64,000 nt of DNA from Sphaeroforma arctica JP610. Lineage: Eukaryota. The stretch lies in the NCBI RefSeq assembly GCF_001186125.1, contig NW_014040548.1:32873-96872 (forward strand), in the 5' to 3' direction. Shown here in pieces: positions 40,282-54,590 of this stretch. Under the pieces are notes generated by a model that saw only the letters and a program-made list of their open reading frames with translations, was not told where the DNA came from and did not search any database. How positions within the stretch are numbered: the first letter of the stretch is position 1; each line of letters opens with the position of its first letter. Made by a program: the position numbers and the translations under genes.

Positions 40282-43200
40282 GTGGGTCGTCAGAGAGGTC
40301 CGAATTTTGCTGTACAACATGATTGTTTGCATCTATAACTATGTTATCTGGTTGCACATTACCTGGATTATCAATAAGCACGTGCTCAGGTACAAGTACA
40401 GTGTCAATTTGAGGAGGTGGATATTTTGATGCATGCGCATGTGTGTTGTTTGCATCAGATGCTGGAATTGGTTGGTTTTGTGTGGTACTGCTACTATGAT
40501 GGCTTGGTGCAACACCAGTGAGTACCTGTTGTGAGCTATATCGAGTTTCTACATCTTTTTGGTAGATCGCCAATGTATGGCGTGCTAAAGCTGTGCGGTA
40601 GGACCAGATATCAAGATCTGAATATGAGTTTCTATCAGGTGCACTTAATGTTATCGTCTGCGGAGTCATAACTCTTTATGCTTGGTATATATATATGTCT
40701 TTCGCCGTCAGTAAACTCCTCATCACTCACTGTTATTTTATAAACAGTTACCCTACCCGTTGTAGACGGTGTTGCTATCACACTCTTTTAACCTTTCCTT
40801 CCGTTCAAATGTTTATAATCTCGATTCAAACCGATTCTGTTCATATCGTAAATCTATGTGGTGTCATCATACATACATAGGGATAGGAATAATATGGTGC
40901 CTACAACTTGTTTGGCAGCTGCAGGGTCGTTCTTAGGGACCTTGGGCATGATTATAGTACAGGAGTCGCCTTTCTAACCTACTAACCTTAGTAACGTATA
41001 CTAGCACACCATCTCAAATGTTTCGTATACAACAACTTAAAATAGCGCTATCTAACAAACGGATAGTTTGGCGGGCTATTTTTATATACTAATTGAGTTT
41101 GATTAGCTACTAAGAATACATTAAACTTGTCGCGTGGTAGGTTTGAACTCTAGACAGCTGTCAAATGGTTCGTTTTGGCGGGCGTTCTGTACATTATTCG
41201 GATGAGTGAGCAATTTTTCGACGACTACAGATATCGAAATACAAGCTGTATCTGACCTGAAGTCTTTTGATAATTGGTGTATTGATGTATCTTGTTTCAA
41301 CTCTTGAAGTGTGAGATTGTATGGGAGTGTGGCATTGAGAGCTCATGACAATACTCGAACTGGACACGCTTTCCGTGATCCCGCCATTACATATTTTCAT
41401 GTTCCGCATATAAGGAACGATGCTATACCAATTCAACACCTTTCAGGGTGACTCTATCGACTGGATACCATGCAACACGCTCGAAGCAATGGTTGTTTAC
41501 CGACTCATGAACGCTCACTCACACAGAGTTCAATGTGCCGTGTCCTCAGTGGCTGCTCACCACTAACCTAGAGTGTACAGGTTGCCCGCCTGCACGTCAA
41601 GCATATAGATATACTTGTCACCCACGACTAACACTCTTGTCAATCAACGCGTAGCGTCCTACTGTCAATCTTATTTTGATTTCCTTTACAATACAGCGTA
41701 GCATCATATCAATAAAAGTAATACAACACGACATAGCGATCTCCTATATACGAAGCTTGATGCACGTCGAATGTAGGTGTGTCGAATAGTTTGAAAGCTA
41801 TGCGCCTGCTGGGTATCTATCTGATAAGGCTGCGTCTATGTATGAATATTTCATTAAAAAACCGATATGATACCACATCCTCCATCTGTTTGTGTCTGCA
41901 GTACGAGCATGCAGAAAGTGCGCAACCCCGGCCAGACATACCATCGACCAAAGCTGCTTCAACACTGTGCCAGCAGTCGCTGTCGTCGACTCTCACGTTT
42001 CTGAATACGCTTACGACAAGCTGGCACCACGGTCGGATCATCGAATGCATCAGCTGTCGCCCAAGTAAGAGATCCTTCTAGCCAGCGCCCCAGGTACTCG
42101 AATTGTTGAGTCGTCTCCTTGTGGCGATGCGATATGATGTGTCGAAATGTCGATTCCCCTTCTCGCCAAAGCGATTCATCTAGCAGTGGTTCCGTAGTTT
42201 GGTGGGCCAGCCTAATAATGTTTACATTAACCGAACGGTCTTTGAGCTCCGGTCACTTGCTGTTGATCCGAACACTTGAGCCATGCATAAGCCATTTGTT
42301 CCAATTTGCGAATGGTACATGGCGGCGATCAAAGTAAACACTGAACGGAGCAGACTCGTGACGCCGTGATATTCAGGGATTTTGATAAAGTGCAGTGAAC
42401 GGTAAACGCTCATACCACAACTCCGGAAAGCCTACACATAATGCTCGTCCATTGTTTGCTCGTATATAAAAATATGTTTATCCCGACTATAAATGACATA
42501 TGATCCAAGCAGTGGCTTCAAAGCTTTAGCAGAAAGCCCATTGCTTGTGCAAGTATCACGACCACGTCCCCAGTCTTAAATTCAATCATATCGAACTATC
42601 GCATTTAATCGGTGGCATCCACCACGGCATCAGTATACTTGATAGTTTTTCTAACGAAACTTGGCAGGATATTCTTTCCAGCACACATTTGCAAATTTCT
42701 TATGACGTCGCTCGGCAGCGACCGGGGTCTGAGGTTGGTATGACTGAGATGTCTTATCAATAATTCGGAGCACCCGTGTAATAGGGTTGGTATGGCTGAT
42801 ATGTCTTATCAATAATTCCGAGCACCCGCGTAATAGCTTTCACGATACTATTCACAAACTCGTTGCCTTCATCGCTTTGACTCCTAGGAGAAAACTCATG
42901 CTCGCCAAACACCGATACTAATTCTGTCTCCATGGTTTTGCGTCCTTTGTAGGTACTGCGCGAAAAATGGAATACTCCGACACCACATCCAATATATATA
43001 GAATAAATTTGCTTCCTTTCGTTGATACACTCGCCATAATAATGATATCTATTTGTATATGATCCCATGTGTATCGTGCGGTAATATTCATTGAAGGATT
43101 TAACCCTTTCTTCATAGTGCATTCTCTAAGGACATACGACAAAATTTCCGTACCCTTCCGCGATTAGAAGTATTTGGTCTCCCTTGTGACCATCATCTCG

Positions 43201-43449
43201 CATATGTTTATACAGTGGATACTGGCGCCGGATGGCCCTGTTCATGACACTGCCATATCAGCTGTGCCGACGATGACTTCCTCATGCTCTGAGTGGTTGA
43301 TCGCAACAGCCCCGGCACGTATTTCAGGACCTTGTCGAGTATGCCTGGTCATATCCTTCTGTGGCCAGCTCTCTTGAAAACGGGCAGTAGCCTTTTCACA
43401 CACAGGTATCTCTAGACCCAGATTACAGCAAATCGATAGGTTGTCCTTG

Positions 43450-43870
43450 AATCCAGAGGGAGGTACAATGTGTACAACAATGGTATGCTCCCAAAGATAC
43501 TTGCCACAGGCCTGCGAGCCATGTTTCAACCAAGTAAAAGCCTTGCGAGAGATACTTAGCGGCTCCGTCTGCGTCATTTACAGGAGCAATGGAAACCATG
43601 ACGCTCGTGTATTCAACGGCAGGCATATTGTTGCAGATGCTTCATCCGCCAACACCCTGCGTAGTACCTCATGTATCATGCGCCACGGGTGGTTCCTCCA
43701 TGCGCTGTATTAACTTCAGTCAAAACTTGAACGTCCCCTATCCCTGTCGTACCACCAGTACTGTCGAAGTTGGGCTTTGTGGCTAGATGAAAAGGCATCG
43801 ACATCGTACATTGGGTTCAAAATGATTTTGAACTTGGTCATAGAAATCTGGATACAACAACTTCCAACAA
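43450..43870 (-). pseudogene. Decayed Dam-like methyltransferase domain in copy B1
   Basis: CWKL...YDVDAFSSSHKAQLRQYW...AWRNHPWRMIHEVLRRVLADEASATICLPLNTRASWF...ACGKYLWEHTIVVHI across frameshifts. NHPW at 43694-43683. Confidence 0.75.
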
Positions 43871-46669
43871 GATGTATTCGACACAGTCGAGAAGCTAACA
43901 TCTGACGTACTCTCATGAATGCGACTCCACTTGTCCGGTAACTTGTCCAATTCACCTGGTACATGTGTATTTGTGAAATAAATTGTGTGCAGCATACTGA
44001 TCAATTTCAACTGTGTGTTCATATAAACGAGCTGCGTGTGATCCGTGTGTATGAGAACTCGCTGTCCGATTAAGTGATCATGGAAGTGCACCAGTAGATA
44101 TATACGAGCTAGCAGTTCCTTTATGGGTGTTGCATATGTTTGCTGGGTCTTTTCAAGTATCTTTGAGGAGAATATAAGAATTTCTTCGGCAATAGCATAA
44201 CCACTTGCTTTATTTCCAACTCTAGTGGCACACCATCTACAGTAAAGTTCAAACGGATCGCCGACACGATCGCTTCCTTCATCTGATCCCATGTCAATTG
44301 ATGTTCTGGTTCTCAACTTTCTTCAATCGATACCCTTTGGTTTAAGATTAGCGAACGCACACATAGGGACTTGACCTTATGCGCAAAGTTGAAGTAATTG
44401 CTCGTGTAATAAATTTGCCTGTCTTAATCCGGAAGCAATATCCTTCTGACATCTTGGTATTAACCAATCGATTGAACGTTGCTGTTTCTCATGAACAACG
44501 ATAAGACTCTTAGCAGACACCTTCCTTCCGAGTATAAATATATCTTCCACAGAAAAGTGACACTTCTGATTCAGTTTTAAATTGTTATCCGTTAACAATT
44601 GAATGATCTCCTGAACAGTAGCAATGTATTCCTCGTAGTCATTCGACGCAATGATAAGATCATCGACATGGCATTGTACATTCAATCTAGCCATCAGGTT
44701 GCTGATCGTACGCTGAATTGTGAAGTGAGTGTTGTCAACCAAACTATTGTTGGATATCCCATGTAAATAAAGCATATGCTGAGAGTCAGCATGTACAGGC
44801 AATCGATGGTATGGTACCGACAAATAAAATGTTGTGCAATATTGCTTAACCTTCATGCTGATGATCTCGCTGACCTTTGGTAGCGTGAATTGATCCCCTG
44901 AAATGAGTGCATTGAGCTGTTGTAATTCAAACACACACATACTTTGATAAGCTCTACTGACGATATAAAGGATGGTACAGCCAACAATAGAAGGTTCACA
45001 ATCGATACCAAGGTCCGAAGATTGGTGACCAACTCATGTTCCCATTTGTGAACCCACATTGATACATGTGGTTTATATTCATCGGATACGAAAATTCGTG
45101 CCATTCTCCGGCGTGTACAATTGTATTTACAAATATTTAATAGAAGATTGTTTGTTTGTTTGTTCTGTTTTTGCATTTTCAATATATCTAAATTCAGATT
45201 ATTCGATTATTTTGCATTTTACAAATACCTACAATTGCGTTTCAACGTATACCAGGGTTAAAACTGTATTTAATACGTTTGAACGTTCATACTCCATAGT
45301 CTACGTTCATTGTATACCTCTACTATGGGAACCCGCTGTTTTTACTTTAGGCATGTTCTTAGAGTCTCATGAGATGTACAAAATATACCCTGTGTGCAAC
45401 GCGCGTGTAACTTCTAAGCGTCCACTCGCCTTTGCTTGCATCGTTGGATTAGTACAGATGGATGACTTGCATTTTGTGTCATTTTCGCAGCTGTGGATTC
45501 AGTGATGCATGCATATTTTTATGTTCTGTTGCTTACTGCATTTGTGTTCACGGCCTACGAGTCTAATAAGTAGCGATTATGATCCGCAGAGGGAATTTCT
45601 CCGGTGTGCTAGCGACTTTAAAAACATACTGATTCTCCTTTATTTTTGTGTAAAGTGAATGTGCACGTTGGTGACGTTGTAGCTTGTCACGAAATATATT
45701 TGCTGCTGCTGTCTGATCTTGATTGCGCGGATGTCGCGAAATAAGCTGTTTTTATCACTGTGATCTCCGATATGCAGACAAATTTCGCGAGTGTTGTTTA
45801 CACGTTGCAAAAAAAAAAACAACAGTTCCCGTCCAAACAGGTTTTGCCAAGGTACGATGCTGTAGTCAGAACCGAGTAACGCTCCACAGCCCAACCAAGT
45901 TGAATTCTGGTCTTTCAAGAACTTTTCCTTAAAGATACTCTGTCTTAAGTTATAAAAATAAAAGTACAAGAGTAATATTTTACACGGATCGTGGGGTTAC
46001 TGCATCTAAAAGCGTAATAGCTTATGACTAAAAACAAATACGTTTATGAAGAATACCAAAACTTTTCGCGTCTTTTCCGCCTAAGGTGTGGATGCCTACC
46101 AGTATACTAGGTATCTATCCTAATAGCAGTTTACGGTTTTCTTTTCCCTCTTATCATAGGTTTGACGAAGCATATAATTGCCCGTGTCGTCAACGATCGA
46201 TGGGTACAAGTGACAGCCCCGCCTGCCACCCAATAATATTTCGCATGTTCCGCCTTCTACGTAATATTGCTATGCACGTACTTTCTTCCACGTATTGATG
46301 CTATGCACGGTCCGCCTTCTACATAACAATGTTGTACATGTTCCGCCTTCTACGTGATACTTCTACACATTGGTCCGTCTGGTACGTAATAATGTTATCC
46401 AACTCAACACTACTCAGGGCGACTATACAACACGCTTGAGGCTGCGGTTGCTCACCGAATTATAAGTGCTCGCTCAAAGTTCAATGCGACGTGTCCTCAT
46501 GGTTGCTCGCCTCGGAGTAAGAGTAAACAGGGTGCTCGCCTGCACTCTCAGCATCTATATAAACATACAGTCTATTATGTCGAATGAGTGCCATGCAACA
46601 CGTTCTGCCCTGCAACACGCTCGTGAAGCTGCGGTTGCTCACCGACTCTAAAGTGCTTACGCAAAACTC

Positions 46670-47190
46670 AATGATTTGGTTTGAACCGATATTTGGAAAT
46701 AGTACTTCAACAGCGTGATTAGCCGGGGTATGGGGAATATCTGTTGATGTGTCATGGACGGGTTGAGGGTGCGGTGGTTCTTCTACATGCTGGAGAAAAG
46801 ATCCAAAGTGTTCGTACCTGTAATTGCTGGAGGAGGTTAGGGTTAATGGGCGGCATTTTCGGGCCTACCAGGATGCGTCGAATCAGTTGTTAGATGCAGG
46901 TAAAGTGGCTTGTAGTGAACTTGTGGCTACCGAGGCAGACAGGGCAGAGACAGCCGTCGGTGCGGTAGTCGAGCAATGTGAACATGTACGTATTCGTTAC
47001 AATCATAGCACAGAGCCGGATTGGTGTAGACTCGAAGCAGCGATTGAAGCTGTCGTGTCTGGCTGTGTCTCGGTTTGAGGTTGGCGGTTTACCAATAACC
47101 AGTTGGTAGTAGTATTGGCGCCGGGCCATTGCCGCGATCTCCTTGTTGGACCAACGTTTTGTTGAGTTCTTCCTGACGTCGTCACAGCGT
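46670..47190 (-). mobile_element. Internal fragment of the non-LTR family (CCHC region)
   Basis: Matches ~33405-33709 joined to 34304-34540 without the solo LTR. Encodes CLCPVCLGSHKFTTSHFTC. Confidence 0.88.
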
Positions 47191-47661
47191 TGTCGTATGT
47201 CATCTAGCTCGGACAAGTCTGGGGCCATTCGAAGATTGATCGGTTCCAGTAGTTTATCCATAACATTACGACTAATCTCCGGGAATGAATATAATAATCA
47301 AGTTAAGCCTAATTTCAGCTCTCCCATAATATCCATACCCAGTATAATATCAATCTGGTAAGGTCATACGTTCAAACGTACAACCCTTAGTAATAGCTGT
47401 CTAGTATCGGACCTTTGTTGCGTGTGTCTTGCCCAAACGTGGAGTCCGAAAAGCCTTGTCCGCCAAATAAATGTAGCTAACATTAGCTGGTAGTGTGACA
47501 GATTGCTGTGCCTTATCTGCGGATGCCTGAGTGATGACTGAACGGTTCGCCTCCGTGTCAACGAGGGTGCGCATGTCATGGCCGTTCACTTGTGAAGTAA
47601 CATATACACGGGGTTCGGCAGTAAATAATTTATGAACAAAGTCAATAGATGTACATTCATT

Positions 47662-48201
47662 ATGTGGAAAAGTCACTAAATGTACATTCACCTATTTTGT
47701 CGATGAAAACGTACTGAAATATTGATCAAATATGTACAAATGTACATTTAGCTACAATTACATTTTTTATAATATGTACATTTAGTGACTTTATTGTGCA
47801 AAATTTGTTTAAATTTAAATCCAAGAGCCTTCGGCTATATCAATTTTTGACGAAATATTTTGATGAGGGAGGTAATGTTGTCTTTTATTATTTTTTGTTT
47901 GTACATGCTACTTCATTAAGCTTATCTCACTGCCTAGTGCGCAACTCACGTGGTCGATGACGCTCTTTTACGGGACCATATGAGAATTGTATTACGATCT
48001 TACTATATAAATCAGCTATAGCAGGAGTTGACATACTTCTAATATAATATATATAGCGTTACTTTATACATTGTAATAATCGCAAGGTTCCAATGTCTTG
48101 CTTCCCTTGTAGACATATGAAGCCTGCACAGCATTTAACTCGTTTGATTTGTGTGCAATACATCTGTGTATTTGAAATAACGTATAGAGCATGAAAAGTT
48201 T

Positions 48202-48249
<48 letters not shown>

Positions 48250-48254
48250 CATAN

Positions 48255-48304
<50 letters not shown>

Positions 48305-48347
48305 NNNNNNNNNNNNNNNNNNNNCACACAGACATACACACACACAN

Positions 48348-48389
<42 letters not shown>

Positions 48390-48722
48390 TACACACACAC
48401 ACATACACAAGGACATCCACCCGACTTTTACATACATAGCATGTATTTTTATTTTTGTTTGTACATCCACACAAGGTTTTGCAGATGTGTGAGTCGGTTG
48501 TCAGTTGGCACACTCGCCGGCATTTTGAACCTGATAAAAATAGGTATTTTTTTTTGCGTCATCAAAAAAAAATTACAGCACTGGAAAGTCACTAAATGTA
48601 CTTTTTATTTTTTTTTGGTTGAAAAGTTTGAGAAGGGATTTGAAAATCACATTTAGCGATTTTAATTGGGCAATTAGAACACGTACCCGTAAATCTGTAT
48701 GGACATTTAGTGACTTTCCCAT
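47662..48722. mobile_element. MITE/foldback-like element with an internal (TA)n microsatellite and gap
   Basis: Inverted AAAGTCACTAAATGT (~47668) / ACATTTAGTGACTTT (~48703), with further internal copies at ~47778 and ~48584. Confidence 0.5.
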
Positions 48723-50213
48723 GTAGGCCTTGTACATTTAAAGTATTTCCTCATAACTTATATTTTACTGCAAATACCCTTGAAATGTCCCTTGAGTCAC
48801 ACGCGTCGATGTGCCCGTTGCCGATGAACGTTGTAAAGTAGCCTTTCCATGTTGTGTACGGTTACCCGTATTGGTCTGGACCGGTAGTCGTTGTAGTTTA
48901 GGACAGCGGCTGACATGTCCTGCTCCAGGAGAGAGGTTCTGCTCACACGACCGACAACGAACACGTGGGTTCAATACTGGCGGTGTATGTGGGTTGGTGC
49001 GTGTATTCGCATTAGTGCGTAAATATAAACGTACTCGCGAATTGCCCGGAATCTGTTGTGGTCGCGAGAACCTTTCCTGACAATATTCTTCTGTCTATGG
49101 CCAAGTGCAAATCCGCTGGTTCCAAACTATCAGGAGATTTCACCATACACTTTTGTCGAATCCCGAATCCGACTCAAAACACAAAAGTCGGTCGGCATCT
49201 CATCAGAGGTCAGAATTTCATGTGCTCGATTTTGAGCGTAGTACGCCTAGTAAAAGGGTGTTAAGTCTATAATAAGGGAACTCAGTTGGAAGTGCCGTTG
49301 TGAACAGTGCACCTGATGTATTTATTAATCACGTTCCTATGTAGGACGATAGTTTCTCTGAAAACGGGTAATTGTGAAAATACCCGTATCAATGGTTTTC
49401 GTCTCCTAGTTACTAAACTATGATGACATCCGATTTGTCATCATACTCTCATTTAGTCCTCTAATCTCCTTAGATCCGGTCCTCTGGTCCTGTCCTAAAA
49501 TCCCACTAATAGGTTGGGCCATCTGGTCCCATTTTAAATGTCCGTCCAAGGTACTTTGTACACATTTCACCACAGTTGTCGAGTCCTGAGTACGACTCAA
49601 ATCAGCAAAGTCGGTAGGCATCTCCCAGGTGTCCAAATTTCTTATGCTTGATTTTGAGCGAGTTTCAACATCCACTCTTTACGAGTAGTATGCACATTAT
49701 CGTAAGGTTCAACTGTTTGATATACCGGTTTTGTACCGCCAGTTTTGCGTTTCACTGGGTTGATTCGCTTTATCCCGTCTATCCTACTAGGTAAGTGGCC
49801 AGTTGGTGACGTCCATTCCTGCGTTGGGTGTCGAGGAGCCCATTGTGGTTGCAATGATGTCGCTTTCTGTTGCTCAAGATAACCAACTTAGCATGCCGTT
49901 TGGATCATGTCATTATCAGTTGTATACAAATTAATATTCGCCATGGAAAATTTACGAAGTTAACGGAGCTGTCCCCGAATGAGATTAACAACTTCCGTGG
50001 CCTCCTGCACACGCGTCAGTGTCGTCAAGTGTTCAACTCGATCACATATCTACTCTGGATGCCGTTTGGCCTCATCCAAGTACAAATAGAGTGTTGGGCC
50101 CCCGAAACCAAACGGGCCAGCATCACGTGATTTGTGCCTTTTCCTCATCCTCAGTTCTCGGAGCCATAGAAAATGTTGTCTCTACCTTAGCATTAATTAA
50201 AGGCAATCGACAA

Positions 50214-50805
50214 TGAACTGCGAGTAACCATTTCGATAGCCGGTCACAAGCTTGTTTTGTCTACCTGAGGTACCGGTGTCGTACTAGGTCCCTTCATTGT
50301 TGTAATCAAAAAAATTGATTGAATCTTATTTAATTTAGTCTATAAAGAACGTAATGGAATAAATACAGTACCTCGGTCACTTAAAAATATGGACAAAACT
50401 GAGTAACGCTTAGTAAAAAGTGTTTAAGTCTGAAATAAGTGAAATCAAACAGAAGTGCCGTTATGAACACAACGGGACGCCTGCTGTATTTATTAATCAC
50501 GTTCCTATGTGGAACGAGATTTTTGAAAATTTCCGTATCAGGACGATGAACTGCGAGTAGCCATTTCGATAGCCGGTCACAAGATTGTTTGCCTACCTGA
50601 AGTACCGGTGTAGTACTAGGTCCCTTCATTGTTGTAAACAAAAAAATAGATTGACTCTTATTTAATTTAGTCTATAGAGAACGTAATGGAATAAATACAG
50701 TACTTCGGTCACTTGAAATGTGGACCAAACTGAGTAACGCTTAGTAAAAAGTGTTCAAGCCTGAAATAAGTGAAAATCAATCAGATGTGCCATTATGAAC
50801 ACAAC
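50214..50805. repeat. ~333-bp tandem duplication containing the dispersed repeat family
   Basis: ATGAACTGCGAGTA...GATAGCCGGTCACAAG... occurs at ~50213 and again at ~50546. Confidence 0.85.
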
Positions 50806-51679
50806 GTCCCGGTTTTGCATCACATCACATCAAGTCGGAAATTTGTGTGTCCGGTTCCCCAGCGAGACACATTTTTGTATGGCGCTACTTGAGGACAAAG
50901 GTGCGACCAATTCTGCTTGTAGCACATCAGGCAAATAAATAACATGTTATAAACATGACTACCCCCAGGGGGTGAGCCGATCTCGGTAGGCTTCGCCGTT
51001 TTAGACCCGTTCTCCTCGCCGTTTTAGACCCGTTCTCCTCGCCACACTTCATAGAACAGTTAAATATGACAGTGGTAGTAGTCCTAAATTAGTATTTAGT
51101 ATAAGAATGCAGTACGAATTAATGACATCAGAACGATCTAGGTCGTATACCCTTCCGTTTTCAAAAATCGACCAATGCAATTGAAGTTTCCAAAAAATAT
51201 TTTTTATGGTCCACTAGGTATGGGAATGTCCGCTATTTGAAAGTCTCCAGTACAGTACAAAATTTTCAATTTTGACAGAATTTCCATTCACGTACAAAAT
51301 ATGCATCACAGCGTTTATGACCCTGCGGGTGATGAACCAACCAACCTAATTTACTACTTGAATTTCACTGGGCTGAGCTGTTTCATATCGATAGCCCCGC
51401 AAGGTAGATTGCAAGTTGATACTGTCCATTCCTGCCATGAGTATCAAGGAGCCCAACGTTGTGACTGGATTTGGTTTTGCTATTTACATAGAACTATCAC
51501 ATCACGTTCCAACGTCGTTTGAACCGTACCATTGTCGTGAGTACTATTTTTGTCACTCTCTTGGAAGTTCGCAAAATCTGCTACAAAAACTAGCCAAAAA
51601 AAAATCATCACTAGCACTAGCATTCAGAAGCCATTCCGGTCAGCAACTCATTAATTATGTTTCAACTCATTAATTATGA

Positions 51680-53694
51680 GCGAGGTTGGGGGTGAGCCAA
51701 TGCCGCACCAGACCACAGATGCACTCGGTATGTGCTGGCTAGCCTGGATCGGAAGTACCATAGACGGAACCAGCAAGCGCGATGACTTGATTTGTACCGA
51801 AATTTGGATGTAGTACTTCAACAGAGTGATTAGCCGGGGTATGGGGAACATCTGTGGATGTGTCAGAGACGGGTGAGGGTACGGTGGTTGTTCTACATGC
51901 TGGAGAAAGGATCCAAGGTGTTCGTGGAGGGTCCAGATACCGTGGAAGTCATGGCGCTCCTGTAATTGTTGGAGGAGGTCAGGGCCAATGAGCGACAGTT
52001 TTGGACCTACCAGGATGCGTCGGATCAATTGTTGGATGCAGGTAAAGTGGCTGGTTTTAGTGGCAGAGACAACCGTCAGTGCGGTAGTCGAGCAATGTAA
52101 ACATGTACGTATTCGTTACAATCATAGTACAGAGCCGGATTGGTGTAGGCTCGAAGCAGCGGTTGAAGCTGTCGTGTCTGGCTTTGTCCCGATTTTGAGG
52201 TTGGCGGTTTACAGTAGTATTGGCGCCGGGTCATTGCCGCGTTCTCTTCGTTGGACCAGCGTTTTGTTGAGTTCTTCCTGATGTCGTCACAGCATTGGCG
52301 GAGGGCTACATGGTTGGGTGTACGCCCGCCCGTGGTTTTATGTACAGTTTATAGGTAAGCATAGATACTGTACGGGAAGCGCAGTGATGTTTTGTCGTGG
52401 GCCCAGGCGGGTTGCGTCAGAGGGTTGAGTGGATTTGTGCTGGCCATTGAGTTGAGTTGCATTCCCAGGCAACCTCCGAGGTAGTCCGCAAATGATTGCG
52501 CGGGGAGCAGGCCACAAAAGTGGAGTGAGTTTGTTTGATGTTTGGGAAACCTAGGGTATTTAGTGCCCGTGATGATGAGTGCTGCTTGGATGAGTGCTAG
52601 TTATAGTATTCGAACAGGGGGGTCACACAGTGCATCCTTCCACTGAGCCCAGGCAACAATTTTCGGGCCATATGTAGCCATAGATAGAATGAATGATTTG
52701 AACAGCACCAGTCGGTTGCCGGGGTGTCGCCAGCTGAAGCCATGGAAGTTGTCATAAACGCGGAAAGAGGCGATACCCACACCAGGGGCAATACTGTAGC
52801 CAGGAATTTTATATGTCTGGCGAGGTTGATCCCTGGTATTTCATGAGAAAGTGGGAACCCCATATATTTGGAGCATTTCGGCTTGGCATGTGTGGGCGCC
52901 ATCTTCAGAGGGGGGGTAACGTGTGTTCCAAAGTGTGTCTGCGAGCGGTGATAAGCTTACCATTTATACGGAAGGTTGGCGCCGCGTGTTGCAAGTCGGT
53001 AGATCGTACTCAGGGTTTAATGACATCCTGTTCGAGGCCAGATTTGCGTCCCCTTGCATCAATGTCGTCTAAAGACCTGTAGCAGCGGGACTGGAAGGTT
53101 GGCGCCGCGTGTTGCAAGCCGGTAGATCGTACTCGGGGTTTATTGACATCCTGTTCGAGGCCAGATTTGCGTCCCCACTCATCAATGTCGTCTAAGAAGA
53201 CCTGTAGCAGCGGGACTAGTTTGGGGGCTTGGATTCGTATGTCGTCGACAATCAAATAGGAGCGGATGAGCTTGAGCCGAAATTGTGCTAGCGTAACAAC
53301 TAATGAATTCATGTGGGCAATAAAGAGCTGGGGGCCGACGACTGAGCCTTGTAGGATGCCATTCGTTCTATGAAATAGGGGCGAGAGCGTGCCGCTGTGG
53401 TATATCACTTGGATAGGGACCTTCTCAGTTAGCGTGCGGCGGCAGTTGATCCAGCTTTCGGGCATACCAGCGTGGCGCAGGAGGAGTACCCATAGGCGTG
53501 GGAGAGCAACCTTGTCATATGCTTTGGTAATGTCCAGACAGACGTCTTTCGTTCCACTGTTCCTCTTCCGACTGTGTCTCAGATTCCATGGCGGTGAGTG
53601 CTTGGGTATGACAAGAGTATCGTGATTTGAAGCCAGCTTGGGTATTATGGGTAACAGAGCCGGGGTGGCTCGTAATCTGATTAAGAAAGCACTT
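51680..53694 (-). mobile_element. Second long copy of the non-LTR (LINE-like) family, truncated at both ends, with an internal ~115-bp duplication
   Basis: Colinear with 33310-35775 (NGILQGSVVGPQLF, LIVDD, KYMGFPL). 52973-53088 is repeated at 53093-53208. Confidence 0.9.
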
Positions 53695-53737
53695 ATAACA
53701 TATGTCGTAAATAATTACGACTGAAATATCACGCAGT

Positions 53738-54590
53738 TGTAAAATCAGCGGGTTCCTATAGTAGAAGAACATATTGACGTATATTATGAACGTATTAACG
53801 TATAAAAGCTATTTCGGTTATAAAACCTGGTATACGTTGAAACACAATTGTGTATAATAATCAAATAGTGTAATTATAGCTCTATTGAATTTACAGAAAA
53901 CAAACAAACAAATAATCATATTTGGAATTACAATTGTACACAACAGAGGCCAAAGACCCTGTTGATATTGATACGATGGTTTTTCTACAATGATATGTTT
54001 TCCATCAGAATATTGGGATACAACACTGAGTGAGTCTCAGGTGATATTGACACTTGTTGACACATGTTGTATTACCAAATACTCTCAGCGCGCGATAGCC
54101 TACTGAGAAATGGGGCATGAAAATGATCCCCCCTAGCCGGCCAACTAGATGTGCCCGTCTATGCCTTAAATGGGATGGAGAGCTAGGTACTATGTGATGG
54201 GGTATAGGTACAGACATTTAACTGTATCATCCTGGTGTTTTTGATTTCTTATATTTTTCTTAAGTTGGACCTAGAGTTATTTTATTGGTAATTGCGATTG
54301 GAAGGTAATTTCGAGGCATGAAATGATATAAAAGAAAATATCATGCATCCAATGAAATGAAATCTGATCTTAGTTACTGACACCGAATAAATCTAGACCG
54401 AAGTATTGAGTGATTAGAGCGGAGCCATAAAGTCATTAGTCTCAGTCTTACATCCCCTAATCTTTAGCTCATTACTAAGGGCTGAAGCTAAACTTAAAAT
54501 TACATTGTGCAAATTTACTTTGAAATCTTACTTTTCTTTTACGTTAACTTATTGAAACCGATAGTCAGCCTGGTTAGTCCGACTTTTACA
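53738..54590 (+). mobile_element. Solo LTR (853 bp) of the Gypsy A3 family, with 4-bp TSD CAGT
   Basis: TGTAAAA...TTTTACA termini, with CAGT at 53734-53737 and 54591-54594. Homologous to 39420-40281. Confidence 0.93.

Larger units (their letters stand above)
41990..49080 (-). mobile_element. Heavily decayed Ty3/Gypsy chromovirus-like element (lineage B, copy B1), fragmented by nested insertions
   Basis: Probable gag Zn motif CRSC..H..C (~48960-48900); protease TLVDTEANRS (47620-47400); RT HVDDLIIAS (44940-44377); RNase H QQTYATPIKELLA; decayed MTase (43870-43450); integrase WDHIQID...QSDEGNEF (43100-42800); chromodomain FRHIISHRH..FEYLGRW..TW (42150-42040). The inclusion of the gag piece is less certain. 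Confidence 0.8.
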
